From positions 24,924,001-24,988,000 of the forward strand of contig OZ024745.1 in assembly GCA_964016885.1 (NCBI GenBank): a stretch of DNA of 64,000 nucleotides, given 5' to 3'. The position numbers and the translations under genes are program-made. Below the pieces are notes generated by a model that was not told the origin of the DNA, searched no databases, and saw only the letters and a list, made by a program, of their open reading frames with translations. How positions within the stretch are numbered: the first letter of the stretch is position 1; every line of letters begins with the position of its first letter. This stretch comes from Eledone cirrhosa. Its lineage: Eukaryota. Below, piece by piece: positions 1 through 15,357 of this stretch.

Positions 1-3000
1 CAGTATTGAGAGACAACTACAGCCATTACAGTATTGAGAGACACCCACAGCCATTACAGTATTGAGAGACAACTACAGCCATTACAGTATTGAGAGACAA
101 CTATAGCCATTACAGTATTGAGAGACAACTACAGCCATTACAATATTGAGAGACAACTACAGCCATTACAATACTGAGAGACAACTACAGCCATTACAGT
201 ATTGAGAGACAACTACAGCCATTACAGTATTGAGAGACAACTACAGCCATTACAGTATTGAGAGACAACTACAGCCATTACAATATTGAGAGACAACTAC
301 AGCCATTACAGTATTGAGAGACAACTACAGCCATTACAATATTGAGAGACAACTACAGCCATTACAGTATTGAGAGACACCCACAGCCATTACAGTATTG
401 AGAGACAACTACAGCCATTACAATACTGAGAGACAACTACAGCCATTACAGTATTGAGAGACAACTACAGCCATTACAGTATTGAGAGACAACTACAGCC
501 ATTACAATATTGAGAGACAACTACAGCCATTACAGTATTGAGAGACAACTACAGCCATTACAATACTGAGTGACAACTACAGCCATTACAGTATTGAGAG
601 ACAACTACAGCCATTACAGTATTGAGAGACAACTACAGCCATTACAGTATTGAGAGACACCCACAGCCATTACAGTATTGAGAGACAACTACAGCCATTA
701 CAGTATTGAGAGACAACTACAGCCAGTACAGTATTGAGAGACAACTACAGCCATTACAGTATTGAGAGACAACTACAGCCATTACAATATTGAGAGACAA
801 CTACAGCTATTACAGTATTGAGAGACAACTACAGCCATTACAGTATTGAGAGACAACTACAGCCATTACAATATTGAGAGACAACTACAGCCATTACAGT
901 TTTGAGAGACAACTACAGCCATTACAGTATTGAGAGACACCCACAGCCATTACAGTATTGAGAGACAACTACAGCCATTACAGTATTGAGAGACACCCAC
1001 AGCCATTACAGTATTGAGAGACAACTACAGCCATTACAATATTGAGAGACAACTACAGCCATTACAGTATTGAGAGACAACCACAGCCATTACAGTATTG
1101 AGAGACAACTACAGCCATTACAATATTGAGAGACAACTACAGCCATTACAGTATTGAGAGACACCCACAGCCATTACAGTATTGAGAGACAACTACAGCC
1201 ATTACAATACTGAGAGACAACTACAGCCATTACAGTATTGAGAGACAACTACAGCCATTACAGTATTGAGAGACAACTACAGCCATTACAGTATTGAGAG
1301 ACAACTACAGCCATTACAATATTGAGAGACAACTACAGCCATTACAGTATTGAGAGACAACTACAGCCATTACAGTATTGAGAGACAACTACAGCCATTA
1401 CAATACTGAGAGACAACTACAGCCATTACAGTATTGAGAGACAACTACAGCCATTATAATATTGAGAGACAACTACAGCCATTACAGTATTGAGAGACAC
1501 CCACAGCCATTACAGTATTGAGAGACAACTACAGCCATTACAGTATTGAGAGACAACTACAGCTATTACAGTATTGAGAGACAACTACAGCCATTACAGT
1601 ATTGAGAGACAACTACAGCCATTACAATATAGAGAGACAACTACAGCCATTACAGTATTGAGAGACAACTACAGCCATTACAATACTGAGAGACAACTAC
1701 AGCCATTACAGTATTGAGAGACACCCACAGCCATTACAGTATTGAGAGACAACTACAGCCATTACAGTATTGAGAGACAACTACAGCCATTACAGTATTG
1801 AGAGACAACTACAGCCATTACAGTATTGAGAGACAACTACAGCCATTACAGTATTGAGAGACAACTACAGCCATTACAGTATTGAGAGACACCCACAGCC
1901 ATTACAGTATTGAGAGACAACTACAGCCATTACAGTATTGAGAGACAACTACAGCCATTACAGTATTGAGAGACAACTACAGCCATTACAGTATTGAGAG
2001 ACAACTACAGCCATTACAATACTGAGAGACAACTACAGCCATTACAGTATTGAGAGACAACTACAGCCATTACAGTATTGAGAGACAACTACAGCCATTA
2101 CAATATTGAGAGACAACTACAGCCATTACAGTATTGAGAGACAACTACAGCCATTACAGTATTGAGAGACAACTACAGCCATTACAGTATTGAGAGACAA
2201 CTACAGCCATTACAATATTGAGAGACAACTACAGCCATTACAGTATTGAGAGACAACTACAGCCATTACAATATTGAGAGACAACTACAGCCATTACAGT
2301 ATTGAGAGACAACTACAGCCATTACAATACTGAGAGACAACTACAGCCATTACAGTATTGAGAGACACCCACAGCCATTACAGTATTGAGAGACAACTAC
2401 AGCCATTACAGTATTGAGAGACAACTACAGCCATTACAGTATTGAGAGACAACTACAGCCATTACAGTATTGAGAGACAACTACAGCCATTACAATATTG
2501 AGAGACAACTACAGCCATTACAGTATTGAGAGACAACTACAGCGATTACAGTATTGAGAGACACCCACAGCCATTACAGTATTGAGAGACAACTACAGCC
2601 ATTACAGTATTGAGAGACAACTACAGCCATTACAATATTGAGAGACAACTACAGCCATTACAGTATTGAGAGACAACTACAGCCATTACAGTATTGAGAG
2701 ACACCCACAGCCATTACAGTATTGAGAGACAACTACAGCCATTACAGTATTGAGAGACAACTACAGCCATTACAGTATTGAGAGACACCCACAGCCATTA
2801 CAGTATTGAGAGACAACTACAGCCATTACAGTATTGAGAGACAACTACAGCCATTACAATACTGAGAGACAACTACAGCCATTACAGTATTGAGAGACAA
2901 CTACAGCCATTACAATATTGAGAGACAAATACAGCCATTACAGTATTGAGAGACAACTACAGCCATTACAGTATTGAGAGACAACTACAGCCATTACAGT

Positions 3001-6000
3001 ATTGAGAGACAACTACAGCCATTACAATACTGAGAGACAACTACAGCCATTACAATATTGAGAGACAACTACAGCCATTACAATATTGAGAGACAACTAC
3101 AGCCATTACAGTATTGAGAGACAACTACAGCCATTACAGTATTGAGAGACAACTACAGCTATTACAGTATTGAGAGACAACTACAGCCATTACAATATAG
3201 AGAGACAACTACAGCCATTACAGTATTGAGAGACAACTACAGCCATTACAGTATTGAGAGACAACTACAGCCATTACAATATTGAGAGACAACTACAGCC
3301 ATTACAGTATTGAGAGACAACTACAGCCATTACAATATTGAGAGACAACTACATCCATTACAATATTGAGAGACAACTACAGCCATTACAGTATTGAGAG
3401 ACAACTACAGCCATTACAGTATTGAGAGACAACTACAGCCATTACAGTATTGAGAGACAACTACAGCCATTACAGTATTGAGAGACAACTACAGCCATTA
3501 CAGTATAGAGAGACAACTACAGCCATTACAGTATTGAGAGACAACTACAGCCATTACAATACTGAGAGACAACTACAGCCATTACAGTATTGAGAGACAA
3601 CTACAGCCATTACAATACTGAGAGACAACTACAGCCATTACAGTATTGAGAGACAACTACAGCCATTACAGTATTGAGAGACAACTACAGCCATTACAGT
3701 ATTGAGAGACAACTACAGCCATTACAGTATTGAGAGACAACTACAGCTATTACAGTATTGAGAGACAACTACAGCCATTACAGTATTGAGAGACAACTAC
3801 AGCCATTACAGTATTGAGAGACAACTACAGCCATTACAATACTGAGAGACAACTACAGCCATTACAATATAGAGAGACAACTACAGCCATTACAGTATTG
3901 AGAGACAACTACAGCCATTACAGTATTGAGAGACAACTACAGCCATTACAGTATTGAGAGACAACTACAGCCATTACAATACTGAGAGACAACTACAGCC
4001 ATTACAATATTGAGAGACAACTACAGCCATTACAGTATAGAGAGACAACTACAGCCATTACAGTATTGAGAGACAATTACAGCCATTACAATACTGAGAG
4101 ACAACTACAGCCATTACAGTATTGAGAGACAACTACAGCCATTACAGTATTGAGAGACAACTACAGCCATTACAGTATTGAGAGACAACTACAGCCATTA
4201 CAGTATAGAGGGACAACTACAGCCATTACAGTATAGAGAGACAACTACAGCCATTACAGTATTGAGAGACAACTACAGCCATTACAGTATAGAGAGACAA
4301 CTACAGCCATTACAGTATTGAGAGACAACTACAGCCATTACAGTATTGAGAGACAACTACAGCCATTACAGTATAGAGAGACAACTACAGCCATTACAGT
4401 ATTGAGAGACAACTACAGCCATTACAGTATAGAGAGACAACTACAGCCATTACAGTATTGAGAGACAACTACAGCCATTACAGTATTGAGAGACAACTAC
4501 AGCTATTACAGTATTGAGAGACAACTACAGCCATTACAGTATTGAGAGACAACTACAGCCATTACAGTATTGAGAGACAACTACAGCCATTACAATATTG
4601 AGAGACAACTACAGCCATTACAGTATTGAGAGACAACTACAGCCATTACAGTATTGAGAGACAACTACAGCCATTACAGTATTGAGAGACAACTACAGCC
4701 ATTACAGTATTGAGAGACAACTACAGCCATTACAATACTGAGAGACAACTACAGCCATTACAGTATTGAGAGACAACTACAGCCATTACAGTATTGAGAG
4801 ACAACTACAGCCATTACAATATTGAGAGACAACTACAGCCATTACAATACTGAGAGACAACTACAGCCATTACAGTATTGAGAGACAACTACAGCCATTA
4901 CAATACTGAGAGACAACTACAGCCATTACAGTATTGAGAGACAACTACAGCCATTACAGTATTGAGAGACAACTACAGCCATTACAATACTGAGAGACAA
5001 CTACAGCCATTACAGTATTGAGAGACAACTACAGCCATTACAGTATTGAGAGACAACTACAGCCATTACAATACTGAGAGACAACTACAGCCATTACAGT
5101 ATTGAGAGACAACTACAGCCATTACAATACTGAGAGACAACTACAGCCATTACAGTATTGAGAGACAACTACAGCCATTACAGTATTGAGAGACAACTAC
5201 AGCCATTACAATACTGAGAGACAACTACAGCCATTACAGTATTGAGAGACAACTACAGCCATTACAGTATTGAGAGACAACTACAGCCATTACAGTATTG
5301 AGAGACAACTACAGCCATTACAATACTGAGAGACAACTACAGCCATTACAGTATTGAGAGACAACTACAGCCATTACAGTATTGAGAGACAACTACAGCC
5401 ATTACAGTATTGAGAGACAACTACAGCCATTACAGTATTGAGAGACAACTACAGCTATTACAGTATTGAGAGACAACTACAGCCATTACAGTATTGAGAG
5501 ACAACTACAGCCATTACAGTATTGAGAGACAACTACAGCCATTACAATACTGAGAGACAACTACAGCCATTACAGTATTGAGAGACAACTACAGCCATTA
5601 CAGTATAGAGAGACAACTACAGCTATTACAGTATTGAAAGACAACTACAGCCATTACAATATAGAGAGACAACTACAGCCATTACAATATAGAGAGACAA
5701 CTACAGCCATTACAGTATTGAGAGACAACTACAGCCATTACAGTATTGAGAGACAACTACAGCCATTACAATATAGAGAGACAACTACAGCTATTACAGT
5801 ATTGAGAGACAACTACAGCCATTACAGTATTGAGAGACAACTACAGCCATTACAATATAGAGAGACAACTACAGCCATTACAATATTGAGAGACAACTAC
5901 AGCCATTACAGTATTGAGAGACAACTACAGCGATTACAGTATTGAGAGACAACTACAGCCATTACAGTATTGAGAGACAACTACAGCCATTACAGTATTG

Positions 6001-9000
6001 AGAGACAACTACAGCCATTACAATATAGAGAGACAACTACAGCTATTACAGTATTGAGAGACAACTACAGCCATTACAGTATTGAGAGACAACTACAGCC
6101 ATTACAATATAGAGAGACAACTACAGCCATTACAATATTGAGAGACAACTACAGCCATTACAGTATTGAGAGACAACTACAGCGATTACAGTATTGAGAG
6201 ACAACTACAGCCATTACAGTATTGAGAGACAACTACAGCCATTACAATATAGAGAGACAACTACAGCCATTACAATATAGAGAGACAACTACAGCCATTA
6301 CAATATTGAGAGACAACTACAGCCATTACAGTATTGAGAGACAACTACAGCCATTACAGTATTGAGAGACAACTACAGCCATTACAATATTGAGAGACAA
6401 CTACAGCCATTACAGTATTGAGAGACAACTACAGCCATTACAGTATTGAGAGACAACTACAGCCATTACAATATAGAGAGACAACTACAGCCATTACAAT
6501 ATTGAGAGACAACTACAGCCATTACAATATTGAGAGACAACTACAGCCATTACAGTATTGAGAGACAACTACAGCCATTACAGTATTGAGAGACAACTAC
6601 AGCCATTACAATATTGAGAGACAACTACAGCCATTACAGTATTGAGAGACAACTACAGCCATTACAGTATTGAGAGACAACTACAGCCATTACAATATAG
6701 AGAGACAACTACAGCCATTACAATATTGAGAGACAACTACAGCCATTACAATATTGAGAGACAACTACAGCCATTACAGTATTGAGAGACAACTACAGCC
6801 ATTACAGTATTGAGAGACAACTACAGCCATTACAGTATTGAGAGACAACTACAGCCATTACAGTATTGAGAGACAACTACAGCCATTACAGTATTGAGAG
6901 TCAACTACAGCCATTACAATATTGAGAGACAACTACAGCCATTACAATATTGAGAGACAACTACAGCCATTACAGTATTGAGAGACAACTACAGCCATTA
7001 CAATACTGAGAGACAACTACAGCCATTACAATATTGAGAGACAACTACAGCCATTACAGTATTGAGAGACAACTACAGCCATTACAGTATTGAGAGACAA
7101 CTACAGCCATTACAGTATTGAGAGACAACTACAGCTATTACAGTATTGAGAGACAACTACAGCCATTACAGTATTGAGAGACAACTACAGCCATTACAGT
7201 ATTGAGAGACAACTACAGCCATTACAGTATTGAGAGACAACTACAGCCATTACAGTATTGAGAGACAACTACAGCCATTACAATATTGAGAGACAACTAC
7301 AGCCATTACAGTATTGAGAGACAACTACAGCCATTACAGTATTGAGAGACAACTACAGCCATTACAGTATTGAGAGACAACTACAGCCATTACAATATTG
7401 AGAGACAACTACAGCCATTACAATATTGAGAGACAACTACAGCCATTACAGTATTGAGAGACAACTACAGCCATTACAATATTGAGAGACAACTACAGCC
7501 ATTACAGTATTGAGAGACAACTACAGCCATTACAATACTGAGAGACAACTACAGCCATTACAGTATTGAGAGACAACTACAGCCATTACAGTATTGAGAG
7601 ACAACTACAGCCATTACAGTATTGAGAGACAACTACAGCCATTACAGTATTGAGAGACAACTACAGCCATTACAATATTGAGAGACAACTACAGCCATTA
7701 CAGTATTGAGAGACACCCACAGCCATTACAGTATTGAGAGACAACTACAGCCATTACAGTATTGAGAGACACCCACAGCCATTACAGTATTGAGAGACAC
7801 CCACAGCCATTACAGTATTGAGAGACAACTACAGCCATTACAGTATTGAGAGACAACTACAGCCATTACAGTATTGAGAGACAACTACAGCCATTACAAT
7901 ATTGAGAGACAACTACAGCCATTACAGTATTGAGAGACAACTACAACCATTACAATACTGAGAGACAACTACAGCCATTACAGTATTGAGAGACAACTAC
8001 AGCCATTACAGTATTGAGAGACAACTACAGCCATTACAGTATTGAGAGACAACTACAGCCATTACAATATAGAGAGACAACTACAGCCATTACAGTATTG
8101 AGAGACAACTACAGCCATTACAGTATTGAGAGACACCCACAGCCATTACAGTATTGAGAGACAACTACAGCCATTACAGTATTGAGAGACACCCACAGCC
8201 ATTACAGTATTGAGAGACAACTACAGCCATTACAGTATTGAGAGACAACTACAGCTATTACAGTATTGAGAGACAACTACAGCCATTACAGTATTGAGAG
8301 ACAACTACAGCCATTACAGTATTGAGAGACAACTACAGCCATTACAATATTGAGAGACAACTACAGCCCTTACAATATAGAGAGACAACTACAGCCATTA
8401 CAGTATTGAGAGACAACTACAGCCATTACAATATTTAGAGACAACTACAGCCATTACAGTATTGAGAGACAACAACAGCCATTACAATATAGAGAGACAA
8501 CTACAGCCATTACAGTATTGAGAGACAACTACAGCCATTACAGTATTGAGAGACAACTACAGCCATTACAGTATTGAGAGACAACTACAGCATTACAGTA
8601 TTGAGAGACACCCACAGCCATTACAGTATTGAGAGACAACTACAGCCATTACAATATTGAGAGACAACTACAGCCATTACAGTATTGAGAGACAACTACA
8701 GCCATTACAGTATTGAGAGACACCCACAGCCATTACAATATAGAGAGACAACTACAGCCATTACAGTATTGAGAGACAACTACAGCCATTACAGTATTGA
8801 GAGACAACTACAGCCATTACAGTATTGAGAGACAACTACAGCCATTACAGTATTGAGAGACAACTACAGCCATTACAGTATTGAGAGACAACTACAGCCA
8901 TTACAGTATTGAGAGACACCCACAGCCATTACAATATAGAGAGACAACTACAGCCATTACAGTATTGAGAGACAACTACAGCCATTACAATATAGAGAGA

Positions 9001-11976
9001 CAACTACAGCCATTACAGTATTGAGAGACAACTACAGCCATTACAATATAGAGAGACAACTACAGCCATTACAGTATTGAGAGACAACTACAGCCATTAC
9101 AATATAGAGAGACAACTACAGCTATTACAGTATTGAGAGACAACTACAGCCATTACAGTATTGAGAGACAACTACAGCCATTACAATACTGAGAGACAAC
9201 TACAGCCATTACAGTATTGAGAGACAACTACAGCCATTACAGTATTGAGAGACACCCACAGCCATTACAGTATTGAGAGACAACTACAGCCATTACAGTA
9301 TTGAGAGACACCCACAGCTATTACAGTATTGAGAGACAACTACAGCCATTACAATATTGAGAGACAACTACAGCCATTACAGTATTGAGAGACACCCACA
9401 GCCATTACAGTATTGAGAGACAACTACAGCCATTACAATATTGAGAGACAACTACAGCCATTAAAGTATTGAGAGACAACTACAGCCATTACAATATAGA
9501 GAGACAACTACAGCCATTACAGTATTGAGAGACAACTACAGCCATTACAGTATTGAGAGACAACTACAGCCATTACAGTATTGAGAGACAACTACAGCCA
9601 TTACAGTATTGAGAGACAACTACAGCCATTACAGTATTGAGAGACACCCACAGCCATTACAGTATTGAGAGACAACTACAGCCATTACAGTATTGAGAGA
9701 CACCCACAGCCATTACAGTATTGAGAGACAACTACAGCCATTACAATATTGAGAGACAACTACAGCCATTACAGTATTGAGAGACAACTACAGCCATTAC
9801 AATACTGAGAGACAACTACAGCCATTACAGTATTGAGAGACAACTACAGCCATTACAGTATTGAGAGACAACTACAGCCATTACAGTATTGAGAGACAAC
9901 TACAGCCATTACAGTATTGAGAGACACCCACAGCCATTACAGTATTGAGAGACAACTACAGCCATTACAATATAGAGAGACAACTACAGCCATTACAGTA
10001 TTGAGAGACAACTACAGCCATTACAGTATTGAGAGACAACTACAGCCATTACAGTATTGAGAGACACCCACAGCCATTACAGTATTGAGAGACAACTACA
10101 GCCATTACAATATTGAGAGACAACTACAGCCATTACAGTATTGAGAGACAACTACAGCCATTACAGTATTGAGAGACACCCACAGCCATTACAGTATTGA
10201 GAGACAACTACAGCCATTACAATATTGAGAGACAACTACAGCCATTACAGTATTGAGAGACAACTACAGCCATTACAATACTGAGAGACAACTACAGCCA
10301 TTACAGTATTGAGAGACAACTACAGCCATTACAGTATTGAGAGACAACTACAGCCATTACAGTATTGAGAGACAACTACAGCCATTACAGTATTGAGAGA
10401 CACCCACAGCCATTACAGTATTGAGAGACAACTACAGCCATTACAATATAGAGAGACAACTACAGCCATTACAGTATTGAGAGACAACTACAGCCATTAC
10501 AGTATTGAGAGACAACTACTACAGCCATTACAGTATTGAGAGACAACTACAGCCATTACAATATAGAGAGACAACTACAGCCATTACAGTATTGAGAGAC
10601 AACTACAGCCATTACAGTATTGAGAGACAACTACAGCCATTACAGTATTGAGAGACAACTACAGCCATTACAGTATTGAGAGACAACTACAGCCATTACA
10701 GTATTGAGAGACAACTACAGCCATTACAATATTGAGAGACAACTACAGCCATTACAGTATTGAGAGACAACTACAGCCATTACAGTATAGAGAGACAACT
10801 ACAGCCATTACAGTATAGAGAGACAACTACAGCCATTACAATATTGAGAGACAACTACAGCCATTACAATATAGAGAGACAACTACAGCCATTACAGTAT
10901 TGAGAGACAACTACAGCCATTACAGTATTGAGAGACAACTACAGCCATTACAGTATTGAGAGACAACTACAGCCATTACAGTATTGAGAGACAACTACAG
11001 CCATATAGTATTGAGAGACAACTACAGCCATTACAGTATTGAGAGACAACTACAGCCATTACAATATTGAGAGACAACTACAGCCATTACAGTATTGAGA
11101 GACAACTACAGCCATTACAGTATTGAGAGACAACTACAGCCATTACAATATTGAGAGACAACTACAGCCATTACAGTATTGAGAGACAACTACAGCCATT
11201 ACAGTATTGAGAGACAACTACAGCCATTACAGTATTGAGAGACAACTACAGCCATTACAGTATTGAGAGACAACTACAGCCATATAGTATAGAGAGCCAA
11301 CTACAGCCATTACAGTATTGAGAGACAACTACAGCCATTACAGTATTGAGAGACAACTACAGCCATTACAATATAGAGAGACAACTACAGCCATTACAGT
11401 ATTGAGAGACAACTACAGCCATTACAGTATTGAGAGACAACTACAGCCATTACAGTATTGAGAGACAACTACAGCCATTACAGTATTGAGAGACAACTAC
11501 ATCCAGTACAGTATTGAGAGACAACTACAGCCATTACAATATTGAGAGACAACTACAGCCATTACAATATTGAGAGACAACTACAGCCATTATAGTATTG
11601 AGAGACAACTACAGCCATTACAGTATTGAGAGACAACTACAGCCATTACAATATAGAGAGACAACTACAGCCATTACAGTATTGAGAGACAACTACAGCC
11701 ATTACAGTATTGAGAGACAACTACAGCCATTACAGTATTGAGAGACAACTACAGCCATTACAGTATTGAGAGACAACTACATCCAGTACAGTATTGAGAG
11801 ACAACTACAGCCATTACAATATTGAGAGACAACTACAGCCATTACAATATTGAGAGACAACTACAGCCATTATAGTATTGAGAGACAACTACAGCCATTA
11901 CAGTATTGAGAGACAACTACAGCCATTACAATATAGAGAGACAACTACAGCCATTACAGTATTGAGAGACAACCAC
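1..11976. repeat. 28-bp tandem satellite/minisatellite, consensus CAGTATTGAGAGACAACTACAGCCATTA, about 428 units, runs off the left edge of the window
   Basis: Read directly. The 28-nt period is nearly uninterrupted, with recurring variants CAATATTG, CAATACTG, CAATATAG, CAGTATAG, CACCCAC, GCTATTA and GCGATTA. The array ends at ...GAGAGACAACCACATCT near 11976. Confidence 0.99.
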
Positions 11977-12526
11977 ATCTATTTCAGCTTTCTATATGAA
12001 ATATCATAGTTTCATATATTTACAATCCGCCTTCAAAAGCTCGTACATTGAACTTTTATCCAGCTCTGCTTAATGCTCTGCCGGATTGATCATTGTGCTT
12101 AGGTGTGCTTAAGCACAATGCCAAAACCTTATTTTATGATTAACTTTTTCAAAAGTAATGGGTCTCATAACTTAACTAGCACAGGACCTAATTTGTCCTA
12201 AATCCGGCACTGGCTTTTTGCGACCCAATTTCCTGATAGTCTCTTTACTATGTCGTTTTTTTAGTGATCGTTCAGCTCTAAGGTCGTGCAGACCTATGGT
12301 CAAATATCAAATGTGGTCCAGCAGTGACCATCTAGATTTGTTTTTTAAATTCAGACACCATGTTTCTAGGTATATCCAGGATTATATTATCCAATGTGTC
12401 CTTAGTTGTTATCGTTTAGCCCTCAATCAACTCTGATTGAGCAAAACTATCATCAAATGCGCTCCAGCCATGATCATCTTGTTTAAATGTTATTCAAACA
12501 CCATGCGTTGTTTTCATTTTATACAG

Positions 12527-12754
12527 ATAATCATGAAGAAGGAGCAGCACCCATGACTTTCACAGGCCATCCGAGACAAGGCAGATAACATCATGAGAGT
12601 TAGAAAGGAATTCCTTGAGCAATACTCACTACATGGTAACCAAAACCTCACACTCAGGGAAATTGCACAGCGATGCCACAATGAATCAATGGATAAAATT
12701 TGCTTACTTGTAAGAAAAACATCATGCATGGATATATTGCTAGAAAGCTTCACG
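12527..12754 (+). other. Candidate internal exon (228 nt, phase 0/0) of an unidentified host gene, with one in-frame TGA
   Basis: Acceptor ttttcattttatacAG|, donor ACG|GTGAGA. Translation IIMKKEQHP*LSQAIRDKADNIMRVRKEFLEQYSLHGNQNLTLREIAQRCHNESMDKICLLVRKTSCMDILLESFT. It is non-repetitive sequence among repeats. Confidence 0.5.
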
Positions 12755-13233
12755 GTGAGAGTAATATAGATAAACAAAGCAGTCTGTCTACATTTTATTC
12801 AGACACCATTATATAATGTAACCTTAGTTGTTGCTTTAACCTCCCCACCTTTCCCAAGTCAATTCTGATCAAATGCAGTCCATACATGGCGACCACGATG
12901 AATATAGGATTACTATATCCGATGTCACATTTTTGTTTCTTTTTGTTGTTGTTGTTTAGCCCTAGGTCAGCTGTAACCGAATAGACCTATGATCAAAAGC
13001 ATTCTAGCTATTACCATCCCATCTATTTTGGAAACAATCTATCCAGCGTCCTTATCTTTTAAGATGATGTAATATGATCTGAGGATAATTTGGCTGCTAT
13101 TTCCAGCAGATGGGGCTCAATGGTTAAGGTTAATTTTTACCTTTATAAACAGTATTTAAATCTTTTATAATTCACAATCTCACAAGCTTAACACGGAGTT
13201 TAGAACAGATGGCGTTTTATATCGACTTTCTTG

Positions 13234-13454
13234 CTTTTCTTCTTCTTCTTCTTCTTCTTCTTCTTCTTCTTCTTCTTCTTCTTCTTCTTCTTTCTATCTA
13301 TTTCTTCGTCTTCTCCTTCTTCCCCTTCCTTCTTCTCTTCTTCCTCCTTCTTCTCCCCATTATTTCCATCATCACCATTACGATCGAAGTTATCGTCGTC
13401 ATCATCGTTGTCGCTGCTGCCGTTATCATCATCATCACCATCATCATCATCACC

Positions 13455-13486
<32 letters not shown>

Positions 13487-13540
13487 CCACATCATCATCA
13501 TCATCATCGTCATCATCCCTATCACCACCTTCATCATCAT
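13234..13540. repeat. Compound (TTC)n/(ATC)n microsatellite
   Basis: Read directly; it generates the poly-F/L/S/D/K ORFs in the track. Confidence 0.95.
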
Positions 13541-14019
13541 GTTAAGAATAAGTAAATCTACAAACTAAACAACGCTTCTAGAGAATTCTGTTCGCAAGAA
13601 TTGATCTCGTTATTTGGCAATGTAGCAGCATCAACCGGACATGTGGTGCCAAACCAATTATTATTCCTAAGAAGGGTGAGAAGGCGATATCTATAGCTGG
13701 CCAACACAATAACGGGCTAAACCACATACATATCTTATAAAGTCTTTCAAAAGTTCGTAGCATCATTGTTCCTGTGTTCAGATATCGGCTGTGCCAACTT
13801 TACATATGCAGACGCAGCTGAGCTAGGTGCTTAAGAATATCATTTCCTAATTATGGGATACCGAGTTTGATCCCAGTGCGTAAAATCTTGGATAAATGTA
13901 TTTACTATAACTTCGAATAGTTGTTGCCGTTGTCACTGTTTTGATCTGAGGTTCAATTTCTATCTGCTTCATTGTTCCATATACCGCAATATGTGACTTT
14001 TTTAGGGGAGCTAGAAATG

Positions 14020-14382
14020 ACTAAATCAAAGTAGAAAATTAAATGAACACAACTAGTTAGGAAATTACAAATACAATCCATTAATGGAACAGTAAAATAT
14101 GAAAAACATTTCAAAAATGTTGCATCTAATAACTGCATATACACATGTACAGATACAAAGCATATACACATGCACGCATACAACTCAAAACATACAATAA
14201 CATCCATATCTACACATCCACACATACAATGACATCCATATGTACACATGCATGCATGCAGACATTCATACATATCTACGTAGTTGATGTGTAAATTCCA
14301 ATGAGAGAGTTTTGTGTCTATGTTAGAAACCGACTCTCTCTCTATTGGGAAAAAATTGGGAAATTATAAAACCAGAAGAACA
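14020..14382 (+). mobile_element. 5'-truncated 3' end of the R4/Dong-like RLE non-LTR element, ending in (CATA)n
   Basis: Matches 38395-38680 (acacaactagttaggaaattaca...attataaaaccagaagaacatacata). Confidence 0.8.
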
Positions 14383-14466
14383 TACATACATATATGCATA
14401 CACACACGCATACATACATATATGCATACACACACGCATACATACATATATGCATACATACATACA

Positions 14467-14760
14467 TGGTGGCTGTCAACTCGTTTTCGAGTACGGCCAC
14501 TACTATATATCCATGTAGGAGAACCCCTACCGATGCGCTGAACGGGTGTGACTTTTAGTACAGCCAGTGACTTGAAAACTCTGGTACAAACACTACACTT
14601 GTGACAATTATTGACACATAGTGCTGGGCCCATGGTACCATGTGATGACATGTGCAGAGAGATCTCCAGATATAAAGCAATGCCTGTGCCGTGAAGCTCT
14701 TAAGAGTCAATAACCATCCAAAATCACCGGGAGAGATGACCCCCCTTAGCCTTTGTCAAG
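14467..14760 (-). mobile_element. RTE-like LINE 3' end remnant with C-terminal C2H2 finger and (ATGT)n tail
   Basis: Minus strand reads CSVCTRVFKSLA.LK, then ...GAGTTGACAGCCACCATGTATGTATG. Homologous to 15358-15600. Confidence 0.65.
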
Positions 14761-14829
14761 ACATACATACATACATACATACATACATACATACATACAT
14801 ACATACATACATACATACATACATACATA

Positions 14830-15345
14830 CATGATGATGACCTGCCACTCAATTTCGAATAATGCCATCGCTTGATACTTAAGCATGAGCATCACAGACG
14901 TGGCATTATAGCCCTGCTAGGGACTTGCCTTTGACCAACAATGCCATGCATCGCAAAAAATGTTACATATCAAGCGATGCCTGTGCTTGAAGCTTTTTTA
15001 AGTTAGGAAAGGCTTTGCACGGGGCCAATCCCACACTCTGAACATCGAATGCATTTACCCCAAAAGAAGAATTAGTCTACATCTTTGGATACAAAGTAAG
15101 TCGCAAGTTTTATATAAGATGGACCTTCTCCTAGAGAGATGAATTATTTAAGACTAGGAATCTCTCTCTCTACAGAAAAAATGATGACCGTTGGATGACC
15201 GTTGACTCTCCTCGGTTCCTCCGCCCTTTGACAAGTTTTGTTTTTCATCCTGCAGGGTATCCAAAATCACCCTCGAATGTGGCTTTTTAGCCCAGCCAAT
15301 GATCTAAAATGTCTTGCACAGAGTCGGCAACCAAAACATTCATAC
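14830..15345 (-). mobile_element. Diverged paralogue of the short RTE-derived element
   Basis: Shares blocks with 15358-15962 (gccctttgaca.gttttgttt..tcctgcag, gcgatgcctgtg..tgaagctt), has an (ATGT)n tail and a CRLCARHFRSLAGLKSH finger fragment. Confidence 0.55.
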
Positions 15346-15357
15346 ATACATACATAC

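Noticed and set aside
1-11976. CRISPR array or repeat-protein gene (RDNYSHYSIERQLQPLQY ORFs at 5634-5945 and 5970-6197)
   Set aside because: The 28-bp units are contiguous with no spacers and no cas genes. The ORFs arise only where TTG>TAG variants remove the periodic TGA stop.
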